From Anthoceros angustus (Eukaryota > Plantae > Anthocerotophyta), in contig MU008156.1 of assembly GCA_010909165.1 (NCBI GenBank), positions 310,001-374,000 of the forward strand: a stretch of DNA of 64,000 nt, written 5' to 3'. Shown piece after piece: positions 25,301 through 37,526 of this stretch. The notes under the pieces were generated by a model, which searched no databases, was not told where the DNA came from, and was given only the letters and a program-made list of their open reading frames with translations. The position numbers and the translations under genes are program-made. Every line of letters begins with the position of its first letter. Position 1 is the stretch's first letter.

Positions 25301-27420
25301 ACCTAAGGGAGTCGATGGGATAAGACAACATTCACCACGGAGTGGGGCGTTTACCTACAAGCAGGCGCCGCCGGGATGAGCACCGGATCATTTATGCGGA
25401 TGGTGACCAATGTCTTAGAATTCTGAGGACTTCATGGAGGTGTTCTTGGGCGACTTACGTATGCGGAGAGGAGGACAAACACGTGGGACATCTTGGAAGT
25501 GTTTGGAGCGATGTAGGAGACTCAAGCTGCATCAGGAAGTGCTACTTGACATGACGGAGGGAATCTTGTTGGGGGCAGAGAGGAGGATAGAGGTGGACCA
25601 AGACAAGGTGAAAGTCATCCAGTCCCTGCGGCCTCGAACTTGAAGGAGTTCACGAGTTCACAGGCATGGTGGGTTACTATAGGCGTTTCATCAAGATTTT
25701 GCAAAGCGGGCCTCGAGGCTATGAGCTACTCGGGAAGGAGGAGGAATGGACACAGGCCGAGGAGGCGGCATTCGAGACCTCAGACCACTCGTCGGTGCCC
25801 AGACTCAAGGACGGGCCAGGGGAAGCGATTCCATGTGCGTGGATGTGTCGCCGCCATCGGGGTAGTGCTCGATCAAAAATGATAAGCGGAGGGATCACCC
25901 AATCTACTACTGTTGGAAGGCGGCTCACGCCTGAGCGGAGGTACACTACTACGGAGCGAGAGGCATTGGGAATGGTATCGGTTAAGAAATTCGACACTAC
26001 CTTACGCCCAATGAGTTCGTGTTCTATGTTGATCACTTGGCGCTCAAGCATTTGGTGAACAAAGCGGACTTGTCGGGCGGATTGCGAGGTGGATTATTGC
26101 TACTGAGGAGTTCACATTTGAGGTGGAGACTAGGCAAGGCGGCAACACCAAAGCGACTTCTTGTCCAGTTAAAAGGACATCTGCGGGATCAAGAGAGGGC
26201 GCCTTCCGGATGAGGAATTGGTGGCGGCGATAGAGGAGGAGGAGCACTAGGACAAACCCTAAGGTGAGCAGCGGACCCTCGCGGAGAAGGGAGGCGGGCG
26301 GCGCCCTCTTATGGAGTTGGCAGTACCTATGGGAGATGGAGCTACCAAGCGGGCAGGTCCCGTGAGCCTTACTCTCGCCCTTTTATAGCAGTTGCATCTT
26401 TAAGGTAGGGCGGGCGGTGTGGAGCAGAAGGTACCTCCAAGTGAGCGGAGGTGGTAATAAAGGGGATGCACGAAGGACTAGGTGGTGGACATTGTCGGTC
26501 ACCACCAAGAAAATCTTGGAGGCTGTCGGTGGCCCACCATGTATGGGGAAACACCAATTTGTGAAGAAGTGTGATGCTTGTCGTGGATCGGAAGCCGCCA
26601 CAACTCAATGGCCGTTAGTGCCCATACTAGCACTAGCGCCTTTTGAAATGGGGCATCGACGTTGGACCTATCGATAGCGACCAGGCACACACAGCGGTAC
26701 ATCTTGGTGGCAGCGGACTCACGCACCGGTGGGTTGGCGGTCGCTACTAGAGCGGACTCTGCGAGCACGGTGGCCAAATTCCTCTGAAAACATCATCACA
26801 AGGTATGGGTGTCGTTGCGGTGATGGCGATAGAACCCATTTCCTCAATGATGTGATAAGCGCAATGACGGACTATTTGTCACACATCGTAACGGCCCCTA
26901 CAATCCAAAGGCCAGCGGTGACGGAAGACCAATGGACTTATCGCCGCATCCTCAATAACGGTTAACTATGCGCCACGGGGATACAAAGCTACCGCCGCTA
27001 TGGGCGTTGAGCGGAGAAGGTAACCATAGCGAACTCCGTATTCGACCTATGGGCACTCACCCGTTATGCGGTCGAGTTTGAGGTGCCAACACTCCGGGTC
27101 ATGATGGAAAGGCGCTTAACGGATGAAGAGAGCCAAGCTGGAGCGTTGCTAGGGTTTTGTCATCACGGAGGACGGAAGAGGCGCAGCTGAATGCAAATGC
27201 AGAATCAGCATGGTGGCATGATAGGCGCCTTAGGAATCGAGTATGTGAAGGAGGAGATCGGCCCTCCTTTACGGCCCACATATGCACTTCGGGTAAACTC
27301 CACCTCGATGGATGGGACCTTACCAAGTCGTGCAGTATACCCCAATGGGTCCGTTGGCGGTTGGATGGTGCTTCGCCCACTCGGGTGAGCGGATGGCGGG
27401 TGAAAAAGTACCACGCTTAG
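22381..27420 (+). pseudogene. pol: gag-pol of element C, frameshifted
   Basis: MATTTKQ start; gag zinc knuckle LWCAVCATMG; protease LDFVVIGP; RT/RH MVGYYRRFIKI, RRYTTTEREALGMV and VDHLALKHLVNKADLSG; integrase KHQFVKKCDAC and WPLVPILALAPFE; C-terminus RVSGWRVKKYHA*. Confidence 0.88.
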
Positions 27421-27440
27421 TGTTGGCGGAGGCATGCGGT

Positions 27441-27451
27441 GAGAAGGAGTA
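27441..27451 (+). promoter_or_regulatory. Polypurine tract of element C
   Basis: GAGAAGGAGTA, 20 bp after the pol stop and abutting the TG of the 3' LTR. Confidence 0.75.
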
Positions 27452-30400
27452 TGTGGACTACGGACTTCCAGGGGTTAGAAATTAGGTAGGGTTTTGTTTT
27501 TGTAGGAGTAAAGGATAAAATGAGGCGAAAAAAGGGAAATAAGCAGTTAGCACTCGGACGGCACTCGAGTATACTCGGACTCGGAGTGAGGCGATACCTA
27601 GGCCTACGATGGCGGGCAGGTAGCAGGATAAGTCGGACCCACTCCAGGACCAGGCGGGATAAATCGCGGAAGTAACAGTTGGGCGTGAGACGGACTGGCG
27701 GCGCCACGTGGGCGACCACAGGTGGAGGCGGGCATGCGGCGGGTCGGGGCCGTAACCTTGCGGTATTATGCGGTATTCGCGCGCAGTGCGGCGTAAGGGC
27801 GGCGGCGTAAGGGCAGTAAGCCATGAGACCTCAGCGATTCAGAGGCGCCCTCCAGTTACTCCGGCGTGGTCGCGGAAGAAGGTCATTTCATGACCTCGAG
27901 ACAATTCTCGCGATCTCTTGCGCTCCAGATCGGCTCTCTGGCGGTATCTCGTGGGACACTCGGACGTCTTGGCGCGGCTCACCGTTGAGGTCGGGCGTGA
28001 GCAGCGAAGGCGCAGCGTGCCCGGTGTCTCCGACAAGCTCGGCAACCAAGGGAGGCGATGGCACCCAAAAGCCCGGAAGTTTGGGAGCCATGGAACCTTG
28101 TGGGCGCAACATTGTGACCGGCTATCCGGACTTTGGGCTCTGGCTCCGAGGCGGAGGTGGTGCGGAGTGGCATTTGGATGTGTTCGGATGGTGCGGACAT
28201 TGATAGTGTCACTCTGGTCGGGAGTTTGCGGAAGATCTTGGCGGTCAATAAGGAGGTGCGGTCCAAGAACCTCGGGAGGACCAAGGCGATGGACCTTGGA
28301 GGTCTGAGGCCTAACCGCCCAAGGAGGAAGAGGGGAGTGGTAGCCCCTCAAGGCGAAGGAAGATAGGGGGCCACGGCAGCGATGCTAAGGCACAGGGCAT
28401 AGCGGACCACCAGTTGGTGATATCCAGGCCTGGACGGTCGAGTAAGGCGGTGGCCGGATCATTGTCCACTGGAACCTACTCACCAAGGTGGATCACCTTG
28501 GTGATAATCTGATAGTATTCACACTTGCGTGCAGCGGGGAAGAAGGCGGGGAAGGATTATCTTCGCCCGGTTTAGCGAGGCTCATAGCTCGGGGCGAAGC
28601 CTTCGCCATGGGCATCCCCATACGATCCATGTATGGGGCATTTGAACTCCTCAAGGAAGGAGGCGAGCGCTCGGAAAGGCTGAGCCCTGCCGTGGAGAGG
28701 CGAGGCGCCGGAGGAGGCGGTCGTGGCAAGCGGACTCGGGAGGAGGGGCGGAGGATTCGGACTCCATCGTGGAGCGGACCCCTCACCACCCGAGTATGGG
28801 AAGAAATTCCGCCTCCCTCCTGGTGCCCCAGGCAGCGATCCAGCGAGGCGGCCCAGGCCCAGCCCGGCCCATCGGCCATCACTCGGTGAGGCCGGAGACA
28901 GGAGGCCGAAGAGCGCAAGACCACGGCTACCAGCGGCAGTCGGTGCGGTACCTCTTCCCGCGGAGTGGCAAGCGGAGGAAGCGATGGGAGGCGAAAGGGC
29001 TGCCCGAGGCGAGGACAGCGGCGCATCAGAGCAGTCTGTCGCCCGGCGGAAGGGCAAAAGGCGTGCTCCGGACTCCATCACCTCATGAGCCCAGGAGAAA
29101 GAGGCGGAGAAGGAGCTCGCGGCCAAAAGGGCCAAGGAGGAAGCTCGGGGCTCGGCCTCGGGTCTGGGTCGTCCGGAGAACCCAGTCCGGACTTACTCGG
29201 GGCTGCGGTATGGAGGTCCTTGGCGGACCGTGAGATCGGCTCACTTCACGGACTTTGTGGGAGCCTCACCGGCGGCGTGGAAGAAACACGGGTCACAGCT
29301 ACCGTCATGGGACGGTATGCTCACAGGGTCTGCGGGATGAAGGCCGGAGGTGGAAGCCACCGGGCGCATGGTACTCCTCCGGGAGGCAGTTGGAGGAGCC
29401 AGGCGAAGGAAGGAAGCTCTGGATTGAGGAAAGCCGGGAGGCGGAGAGGAGGTCTGGTCCATCGCAGGCCGGACCAAATTCCTTCAGTGGAGGCAGTGAA
29501 GCGGACAGGAGGCCCAAGGCGGAGGACCTCTGCGAGGCGTGGCGGCGGAAGCGGGCCTTGGGCGCAGCGAGCAGGCGCGGGATGGCGGCAGCCCGGACGA
29601 GCCAGGGTGGAGGCTCGGTGAAGGTGGCCAAGGCGGAGGCCACGGCCGATCGCGATCACTATCGGCGTGATCGGGCCGGTGGAGGCGGCCCGGCGAGATC
29701 GGCAGTGGCGCAGAGCAAGCAGTCGGCCGTGAGGCGGAGGCCAGCACCGGGAGATTGGGGACCTCGAGTGCAGGTACGGGAGGTAGAAGGCGGCGGAGGC
29801 TGGAGGGCAACAAGGACACCTTGGGTTGCAACTCCAAGATGCATCGAGGCGGCGGGGTTCTCAGCAGAGAATCCAAGACTTGGCGGTGGAACGCCTCCAG
29901 CTCCGAGGAGAATAGGCGGCAAGGAGTTCGGCGTCGCAAGGTTGCGGCGGATGTGGAGAAGCCGAGTCGGACGGGGATCTGGCCGCTGGAAGGAAGTGGA
30001 GGACCTCCGGGAAAGAATAGCGGAGGAAGAAAGCCTTTGGAGGAAACGTTGCTCGTCCGGTTGCGAGCGAGAAGGAGCTCGGCTCCATGGCCCATAATGG
30101 CGGGCTGGAACAACAACGAGGAGGAGAGCGTCGGCGGAAGGTTGCAAGAGGTAGCGGAGGCGGCCTTGGCGGCCTCAAGGGTCCGCCCGCCTCTGTGGTA
30201 AGCAGCGCGAGGCAGGCGGTGGGCGATGCTCGATTCTGGAGCACCTGGAGGAGAGTGCGGGTGCTCGGGCTCATGTAGAGGCGATTGACAAGTCGATTCC
30301 GACTTACTACTACCACGAGCTCCTCAAGGCTCACGGAGGTCCTGCGCCACCCTAGGCGGGAGGTGGACTTCGAAGGATGGAAGGAGGAGGCGAGAGGGGC

Positions 30401-31793
30401 GGACCGGGGCAGCCTGGCCAGGAGTCCTAGGGCTGCTGATGTGGCCCGGCGGAGCGGGGAAGCGGCGGAGGAAGGGAGGAGGAAGGTCGCCACAGGAGGT
30501 AAGCACTCGGCACCCTCGCATGGAAGGAAGAGGGAGGATCTTGGAGGAAGGGAAGGGTGCAATAGGGCATTGGGGAACCAAGGGAGGCTCGGTGGATGAA
30601 CGTGACCAGCGGTGAGGAGGCATGCCGAGGCACGAGGTCCGGACTTTGTCCGGACTCCAGAAAGGCGGATCAGGTCCTGAAGTCTGGACTTAGGGATCAG
30701 GACTCTAGTGATCCGGACCACGAGGTCCGGACCCGAGGAAGGTTGGGTCGAGGCCGGACCCAGGGTCCGGACCCAGGGGGGACTCCGGAGGCCGGACCCG
30801 GAGGAAGGCCGGACCTAGGTCCGGACTCGAGTCGAGCAGTCTGAGGTCCAAACTCGGGAGTGGGGAGAGCCACGATCACCCGGCCCAGATCCGGCCCTTG
30901 GAGGCCCTTGAGGCCCTTGAGAGAGAAGAGGGAGGGCGAGGAAGACTTGGTGGTGGCCGTTGTCGAGGCCCGGCCGGGCGCGACTGGCAGACCCTCGGGA
31001 AGAGGAAGGGTCCGCCTCGCGGATCATCCGATTAGGTCGCGATCGGAGCTCGGCTTTGGGCGCCGGTGCCAAGAAGGAATCGGGGGCCATCCCGGCCCCA
31101 CCAGGCGATAGGCGGAATAGGGAGGATAGTAGGCGGCGGTTAGGGCACCTGGCGGCCCTCGGCTCGAGAATAGAGGTGTAATAATAAGCGCGACCTTGGC
31201 GTAGTATAAGAGGGCTAAGGCCGCCACAGATAAATCATCTTTCTCTTGGTGTTGATGCGCGTTCTTGCGACCTTTGTGTGTCTTCTTGCTAACGTGAGTC
31301 TGAGTCAGCGGCGAGCCACGGCTCAGGGAGATTGATCGGGGTCTGGGCGGACCTAACGTGTTGTGGTGTGTGCGGGGAAGGGTGGCGGTGACCCGTGCTC
31401 GTCGAGCCGCGACCCGGCACCGAGCGGTGGGCTGTGGCTGAGGAGGAACTCGGGAGGTCTGAGAGCGACGGAGAGAGGCCCGGAGCAGCGGAGGAGGTCG
31501 GGGCATGTAACCAGCGTCTTTCTAAGGTGGTGATGAGTGTGAGTGGAGAGGAAAGATTTGGAAGTGTGTGGTGATGTGAGCATCTGAGACTGACAGGTCC
31601 CTAAGCGTTTAGCCATCTCAGGGCTGTCGGTGAACGTTGCAGTAGTTAGGAGTATGTGCGTTGAGTGAGCAGGCGCTAAGTGAGTAAGAATCACGAAGCG
31701 GCAAGCGGGCCTATCATTCCCTTGGAGCGGACTTCTTCCTACAACGACACGGGTTGTGTGCTTGGTGGCCATCGGTGAAAGTCGCGCCATACA
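27452..31793 (+). repeat. 3' LTR of element C (4342 bp)
   Basis: Same start and end motifs as 17870-22143; followed by the TSD TGGGG. Confidence 0.9.
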
Positions 31794-33355
31794 TGGGGTC
31801 GGGCCGCTCTGCTGGATCGGGCTTTCGGTTGGGGCACCAGAGAGGGAGGCGGGAATTTCTTCCCATACTTCCCTGGGTGGTGAGGGGGTCCGTTCCAGAC
31901 GTATGGAGTCCGGAATCCCCTCCCAGTCGTCCTCCTCCCGAGTCCGTTTGGCTTTCGACGATCGGCCTCCTCCCTCCGGCGCCCTTGCCCGCTCCACTTC
32001 CGGCAGGGCCTCCAGTCCTTTCCGGAGCGCTCGCTCAAGCTCTCCTTCCTTGAGGAGCTCGAAATGCCCCCATACATGGATCAGGTATGGGGACAGCCCA
32101 GATGGCGAAAACCGGTCGAGGCTTGCGAGCCTCACTGGCTAAGCCGAGGCGAAAATAATCCTTCCCAGTCCGCCCTCTTCCCAGCTGCGTGCGGGGAATA
32201 CCAGCAGTTATCACCAAGGTGATCCACCTTGGTGAGTAGGTTCGATGGACAATGATCGGGCCACCGCCCTTTTCGGTCAGGTCGGATGTCGACCACCGTT
32301 GGTGGTCCGTTCGTCGAGCCTCGGCATTGCTGGCTGGCCCTATCTTCCCTTAGCCTTGAGGGGCTCGGCACCCTCCCCTCTTCCTCCTTTGGGCGGTTGT
32401 AGGCCGCCTCCCTAGGTTCAAGGTCCATCGCCTTGGAGTCCTCCCGGAGGTTCTTGGACCGCACCTCCTTGATTGCCGCCCGGCATCTTAAGGCGAACTC
32501 CGGGACAGGTGACATGTGTCAAATGTCGGACCATCTGGAACACATCAAATGCCACTCTGCACCAATTTTCTCACCTTCCACGGAGCCGGGCCCAAAGTCC
32601 GGATAAGCGCGGGTCACAATGTTGCGCTCCACAAGGTTCCATGGCTCCCAAACTTCAGCGGGCTTTTGGGTGCCATCGCCTTCTCCTCCCTTAGTTCTTT
32701 GTAACCCGCCAGCCGAGGCTAGCAGCGCGTTGCGCCTTCTTAGCGCGTTGGCGCATCGACCTCAAGCGGTGAGCGGCGTCTAAAATGTCCCACGAATCTT
32801 GCCGAGCGGAGGCTGCGGGCGCAAGAGATCGCGGTGTCTCGGTGCCAGTGAGCCAGCCTTCGCCGCCTCCGTCGGGAGTAACGGCCCGGCGGGCGCCTCT
32901 TCCCGTAGCGCGATGCGCGGCAATGCGACCGCCGCCTCCGCTTACTGCAGCCTTACGCGCGTACTACGGTCTTCTGCCGCCAGCGGGTCCGTGGCGTGAA
33001 TACTATATACGGCCTCAGCGGCAAGGTTACGGTCTGGCGGTGCATGCCGTTCTCCACTCGGAGTTGCCCGTGGCGGGCTGGTCGCTCACGGCTCAACTCA
33101 CGAGGTTACTCTTACAGGCGTACTTATCACCTTTGGTCTTGGGTGGTCCGGACTTATCACATTCCGTGGCGCCATAGTAGGTCTGAGTACGTTCCCACTC
33201 CGAGGTCCGGAGTATACTCAGTCTTGAGTCAGGAGTGCTGCACCCATGCTTATTTCCCCTTTTCCGCCTCATTTTATCCTTTACTCCTACAAAAAAAAAA
33301 AAAAAAACAAAACCCTACCTAATTTCTAACCCCCCAGGGAAGTCCGTAGTCCACA
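31794..33355 (-). repeat. 5' LTR of element A, outer part
   Basis: Joining 17864 to 31794 restores the sequence seen uninterrupted at about 8075-8200; ends with CCGTAGTCCACA, the reverse complement of the LTR start. Confidence 0.85.
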
Positions 33356-33388
33356 GAAGACCCTAAACATACTATAAGTGACACATTT

Positions 33389-34687
33389 GGGCGCCGACAT
33401 GGCGGCGCCCAAGTCATGCCCAATGGCTACGTGCCTTGGGCGCATGGTCTTTGGCAATGACCGCTGGACGTCGGATAGACACCCTTCTTCTATTGAGAAA
33501 CTACTTGAACCGTAATGGCTTCTCCGGACTGCTCAACGTTGAAAAGACACCTAAGCTAGTAGCTAAGAAACCACCTGAACCATGATGGCTTCTCCATACT
33601 GGCTATCAAAAACAAGGAGCATGGAGGAGCATAAGGGCATGAAGAAGAAGAAAAAGAAGAAGGATGAGGGCATGAGGGCGCCGGCATGCTGGCGTCCTCA
33701 TTCAACATATACTTTGTGTTTCCTTCCATTTCTATATTGGAAAGTTAATGAAGCGGTAAGGCCTTGAATCCAAGATCATATTCAAGAGGTCTTGGATTCG
33801 AGTCTTCTTTTGAGGCGGCGAATGCTGGCGCCCTTTAAAGGTAAATTTTTCCTAATGTTTAGGGAATAGATAATATGGATTGAAATGAGAGAGATTATAA
33901 TCCGAGGTTACTAGTTCGAGTCATGCTTATTTATTTTGGCCAGCATAGTTTGTGTTGTAAAAGTGATAGGTAATTGGTTCGGTTTCAAATCCCCTTATTC
34001 TAATAATTCGTAATCTTGGACTCAAAATCATGGAAATTATTTTCAAATTTCAACGGTTTTCTAAGCACGTTGTTTGAAATTACCCTTGCTCTAATATTCA
34101 TGATCGCAAATTGTACTGGAATCGGAATGGTGAAGAGAGACATGACACGGTCAAGTTTCTTCCCTATTCTCGAGCTCACTGCAGGCCGGGACTATCTTTC
34201 TACGGAGGTCATAGCAAATGAATACGTGTTTCGTGTATTGAACACCATCTTTGTGAGCGACCAAGGCTACGTCGTCATCTTTAGTGTCAAAGGTGGTGTA
34301 TTCTTTCTCAATTCTCTTGCGCAAGCAAGCGACACATGGTCTTATGTATGTAAGTCATAATGTGCATGGGTGCACGACAAGTGGTTGTAAGCCCTAGTGA
34401 TAACGTGGACGCATGCACACCGGCGCTCACAGAAAACGTATCTAAAGACGCCGGCATGCTGGCGCCCTTTGCACAACACAAAGTTTGACAGAACAATATG
34501 TAACCCTCGACCCACAGAAGTGCGCCCTAACCCACACGCTCGTCAAAACAAGGCTGAGACCCTAAACCCTAACCCTAGGGTTAGGGTTATACTAATGAAG
34601 GCGCCAATATGCTAGCACCCTATGCTCTTATGGAAATAGCCTAATTAGAACAAAGGATTTTCGCTTGGGCGCCAGCATTCCTGCGCC
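33389..34687. repeat. Six dispersed copies of an approximately 20-bp imperfect palindrome (consensus GGCGCCRGCATGCTGGCGCC)
   Basis: Copies at about 33389, 33676, 33814, 34447, 34600 and 34667 in otherwise more AT-rich, apparently non-coding DNA. Confidence 0.7.
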
Positions 34688-35079
34688 TTGTCACCATCAT
34701 TTCAAATGATTTGGACACAAAAGTTACATCCCATTCTGATGGATTGCCAAGCGCAGGAGCGGGTGCTTTTGAAGTGCCGTGTTTAATGTGAGTTAGTAAC
34801 TGGACGAAAACTACCAAGCGGCGGCAACTTTCTCAGAACCGGCGTTGTTTATTCCGCCGGAATGAATATTACTGTGTTTTTGGTGTTCTTGAGACTCAAG
34901 CACCGGTATCTCCACCTTCCCCACCAAGACCTGACCCTGTTCCCGAGCATAGGTATCCACTTCGTCAGCGACAACCACGTCACCTATGGAATGAAATACC
35001 CTTCGACTTAGAGTTTAATCAAGCCAACTATACTACCACTTCTGAAGGCCATTTTGATGCTTTTAGTAGTGCTCTTTCA

Positions 35080-35385
35080 AAGGGAGATCCTCTCACTCTG
35101 CAGGAGGCATACTCACGACATGATGCAGCTAAGTGGAAGTTTGTCGTTGATGATGAATATAATTCCCTTATTAAAAACAACACATGGACTCTTGTCAACC
35201 TGCCCAAGGATAGAACGATTGCGAAATGCAAGTGGGTTCTCAAAACTAAGTTCTAGGAGGTTGAGCCTCGTATCCGCCACAAGGCGAGACTCATGCATGG
35301 CAAAGGGTTATAGTCAGAAAGAGGGAGTGGATTACCAAGGGGACAAAGTTTATTCACCCGTCGTCAAATTTGCTTCTGTAAGAAT
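35080..35385 (+). pseudogene. Ty1/copia reverse-transcriptase (RVT_2) N-terminal fragment
   Basis: DPLTLQEAYSRHDAAKWKFVVDDEYNSLIKNNTWTLVNLPKDRTIAKCKWVLKTK..KARL..AKGYSQKEGVDY..YSPVVKFASVR; breaks off at 35385. Confidence 0.85.
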
Positions 35386-35659
35386 GGGGTCCAAGCACGG
35401 TTAGGTAGACCACATTATGTGGGGACGGACGCAACGCGTATTTATGTCCACATGTGGACGTATTTACCTTCTGAAAATTCTCCCCACTAGAATATCTATC
35501 GAAATGATTCAATTTTTTTCCCATAACTAAGAGCAAGGCAACAAGTCCACATTAAAATGCTCAGAGTTAAAGGATATGATTTGTGCATATGGTATTTAAT
35601 TGTTTGGTCACGGATGGACAAGTGAACTTTGGACACAAAAAGTGAGCACAAGACACACA

Positions 35660-35910
35660 ACCCAAGTTCATTTGAATTTCAAACCATCCCATCAAGTGAA
35701 CACGGAACACCGAGAGAGAGTCTATCACACTCAAGTTTGGCACTTGTTCAAATTTCAAAGTTTGGAATATGCGGGAATTTCAAAGTCTGGCTTTGGCGGG
35801 AATTTCAAACCATCCTGTCAAGTAAACACGGAACACTAAAAGTGAGGCATGGTCACAAACAAGTGTAAACTTGTTTGAATTTCAAAGTTTGGGTAAGCGG
35901 AATTTCAAAA
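35660..35910. repeat. Cluster of AATTTCAAA motifs and an approximately 120-bp imperfect direct repeat; candidate subterminal repeats of the downstream DNA transposon
   Basis: About six AATTTCAAA copies, plus aaccatcc..tcaagt.aacacggaacac twice. The link to the transposon is inferred from position only. Confidence 0.55.
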
Positions 35911-36918
35911 CGAGGTACCCAAGTTGCTGCGGCTCATCTTTGATGAGAGCATAACCTCCGATCTGCGCTGCGAGCCTTTTCGCCTTCGCTGCGGCGCTCG
36001 GTGCCGTGTGAACCATGTGCCTAGTATTGTGAGCTGCGGCGTGCGGAGGGAGGCGGGAAGGGAGCCCTGCAGGCGGCCAAGGAATCGAATGGCTCAGCGG
36101 TGCATCCCTCTTCGAGTGCACTTAAGAGAGCGAAGCCGCACTGGAAGCGCCGATGGAGGAAAAGCAATTTGAAATGTATCTTTGTGTGTGGAAGATGTTA
36201 GGCAAGATCGGAGCATCTTTGCCTGTGGAGGAGGCACCCTTACATGGTGAGAAGGGATCTAATCCACGATTGAATGTTGTTGTGGAAGAACGGAGGCGGT
36301 AGCAAACAACACCTCTTTCATCCACAGGCGGTCAAGGCGGTTGTGCAAGCAGGCGGTGGGATCTCACCAGTCGGCGATGGGGCGTTGTGATGCAGTGTGG
36401 CCGTGTTGCTCGTGAACTTGGTCACATTTTCTTACATAGAACGCCCACTTCAATTCGATAGCAAGGCCAAGGTGCTAGATGCTTTTCCGAGCTTCGTGGC
36501 CTCAAGGAGTTCTTCCTGCTGCGAGGGGTGAAGGCTCGGCCACATCCCTAGCTTTCCGGAACATCGGCCATGAAGAAGGCTATGGTGTACAAGCGTCGAT
36601 AAGTTGAAGGCAAGACAAACCTTCATGAATATTGTGCTTAGGATGTGAGGCAAGAAGTCGGAGCATCCGCCTTGGCCGGGTCCTTGGGGTCGGCAGGCGT
36701 GTTGTGGCACGCCATCTTGACCATGGCGGGCAAAGTGCACCAGTGCGCGGTGTGGGTGGGGACGGAAGGCTCGTTGTTGTTTGACCCAAGAGGTAAAGCA
36801 AGGCTTTTGCAATTTTGGGAGGCATCAAGGCCTTCCTCCAACTCCAAGGATGCTAGGCGGCAACGGTGGCTCCTCTTGTATTCGCACCCACATAATCCAT
36901 TTCCTGGATACCTCTCAG

Positions 36919-37526
36919 GTGATCAGTTCAACGTGTTTTGTCTTTGCTACTTCCACTGGTGGTGAGCACACTGCCACTGGTGGTGAGCGCATCTCCTTGC
37001 CTAGTGCCTCTGTCCATGCTTGCGCTGGAACACTGCCACTAACCTTGTAAGTTGTTACATCCTGCCAGTCACTGTCACCACTACATGTGACCCCCAGTAG
37101 CGTTCCCAGCTACACTGTCACTCTCCATGTTCAGCCCTTCCTTCCGTGTGGCTGATTGTCGCTTGAGCCGCTTTCATTTTGCTTTTGCGCACTCTGGCCG
37201 CACTCGCTCGGTCATTTGCCCGGCTCTGGTCATTTGTCCGGCTTCGGGCATTTGCGCTAGCTCCGGTCATTTGCTCTTGCTCTTGCTCATTTGCGCTGGT
37301 CTCGTCATTTGTTCGGGTGCAATGCTCATTTGCGGCCTCTCGTCATTTGTTCGTGCAATGCTCATTTGCTCTTGCTCTTGCTCATTTCATCTGTATGCAA
37401 TGCTCATTTGTTGTAGACCCAGTTCACTTCAGGATGTCCAGGGCTCACTTTCTTTGAGAGGGAGGCACTTCATGTGGCTCTTTAGAGGGTTGTGTTCGAG
37501 CATGCATTGTCGTGTTTGATCTGCAG
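36919..37526 (+). other. Phase-0 GT-AG intron (608 bp) in the transposase gene
   Basis: CAG|GTGATC...CTGCAG|ACAGAG; removal joins FLDTSQ to TEFFLRFRKEHP in frame. Confidence 0.7.
37170..37410 (+). repeat. Minisatellite-like array of (G/C)TCATTTG motifs inside the intron
   Basis: A dozen or more CATTTG cores spaced about 17-25 bp apart. Confidence 0.8.

Larger units (their letters stand above)
17870..31793 (+). mobile_element. Complete Athila-like Ty3/gypsy element C (family A), 13.9 kb
   Basis: TG...CA termini with the 5-bp TSD TGGGG at 17865-17869 and 31794-31798, two LTRs of about 4.3 kb, PBS, PPT and gag-pol. Confidence 0.92.
5642..33355 (-). mobile_element. Athila-like Ty3/gypsy element A (family A); 5' LTR interrupted by element C; 3' LTR truncated
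   Basis: LTR start TGTGGACTACGGACTTCC at 33355, LTR end ...AAAGTCGCGCCACA at 14878, PBS, gag-PR-RT-RH-INT order, PPT at about 9531-9543 and a second LTR copy at 5642-9529. Confidence 0.85.

Noticed and set aside
9564-27420. Frameshifts in gag-pol as programmed frameshifting or as proof of ancient decay
   Set aside because: Small indels are dense everywhere and differ between copies, which fits uncorrected long-read error equally well. Element age and intactness cannot be judged without polishing.
5700-33300. Hundreds of Arg/Pro/Gly-rich ORFs in the six-frame track as separate genes
   Set aside because: They are shadow frames of GC-rich LTR and gag-pol sequence, repeated in each copy and broken at different indels.
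33291-33307. 17-A run as a LINE/SINE poly(A) tail
   Set aside because: It sits at the position of ACAAAAACAAAA in the other LTR copies, so it is a homopolymer expansion or sequencing error.
34565-34588. TTAGGG palindrome as a telomere fusion or an organism marker
   Set aside because: Only two units per arm; too short to support either claim.
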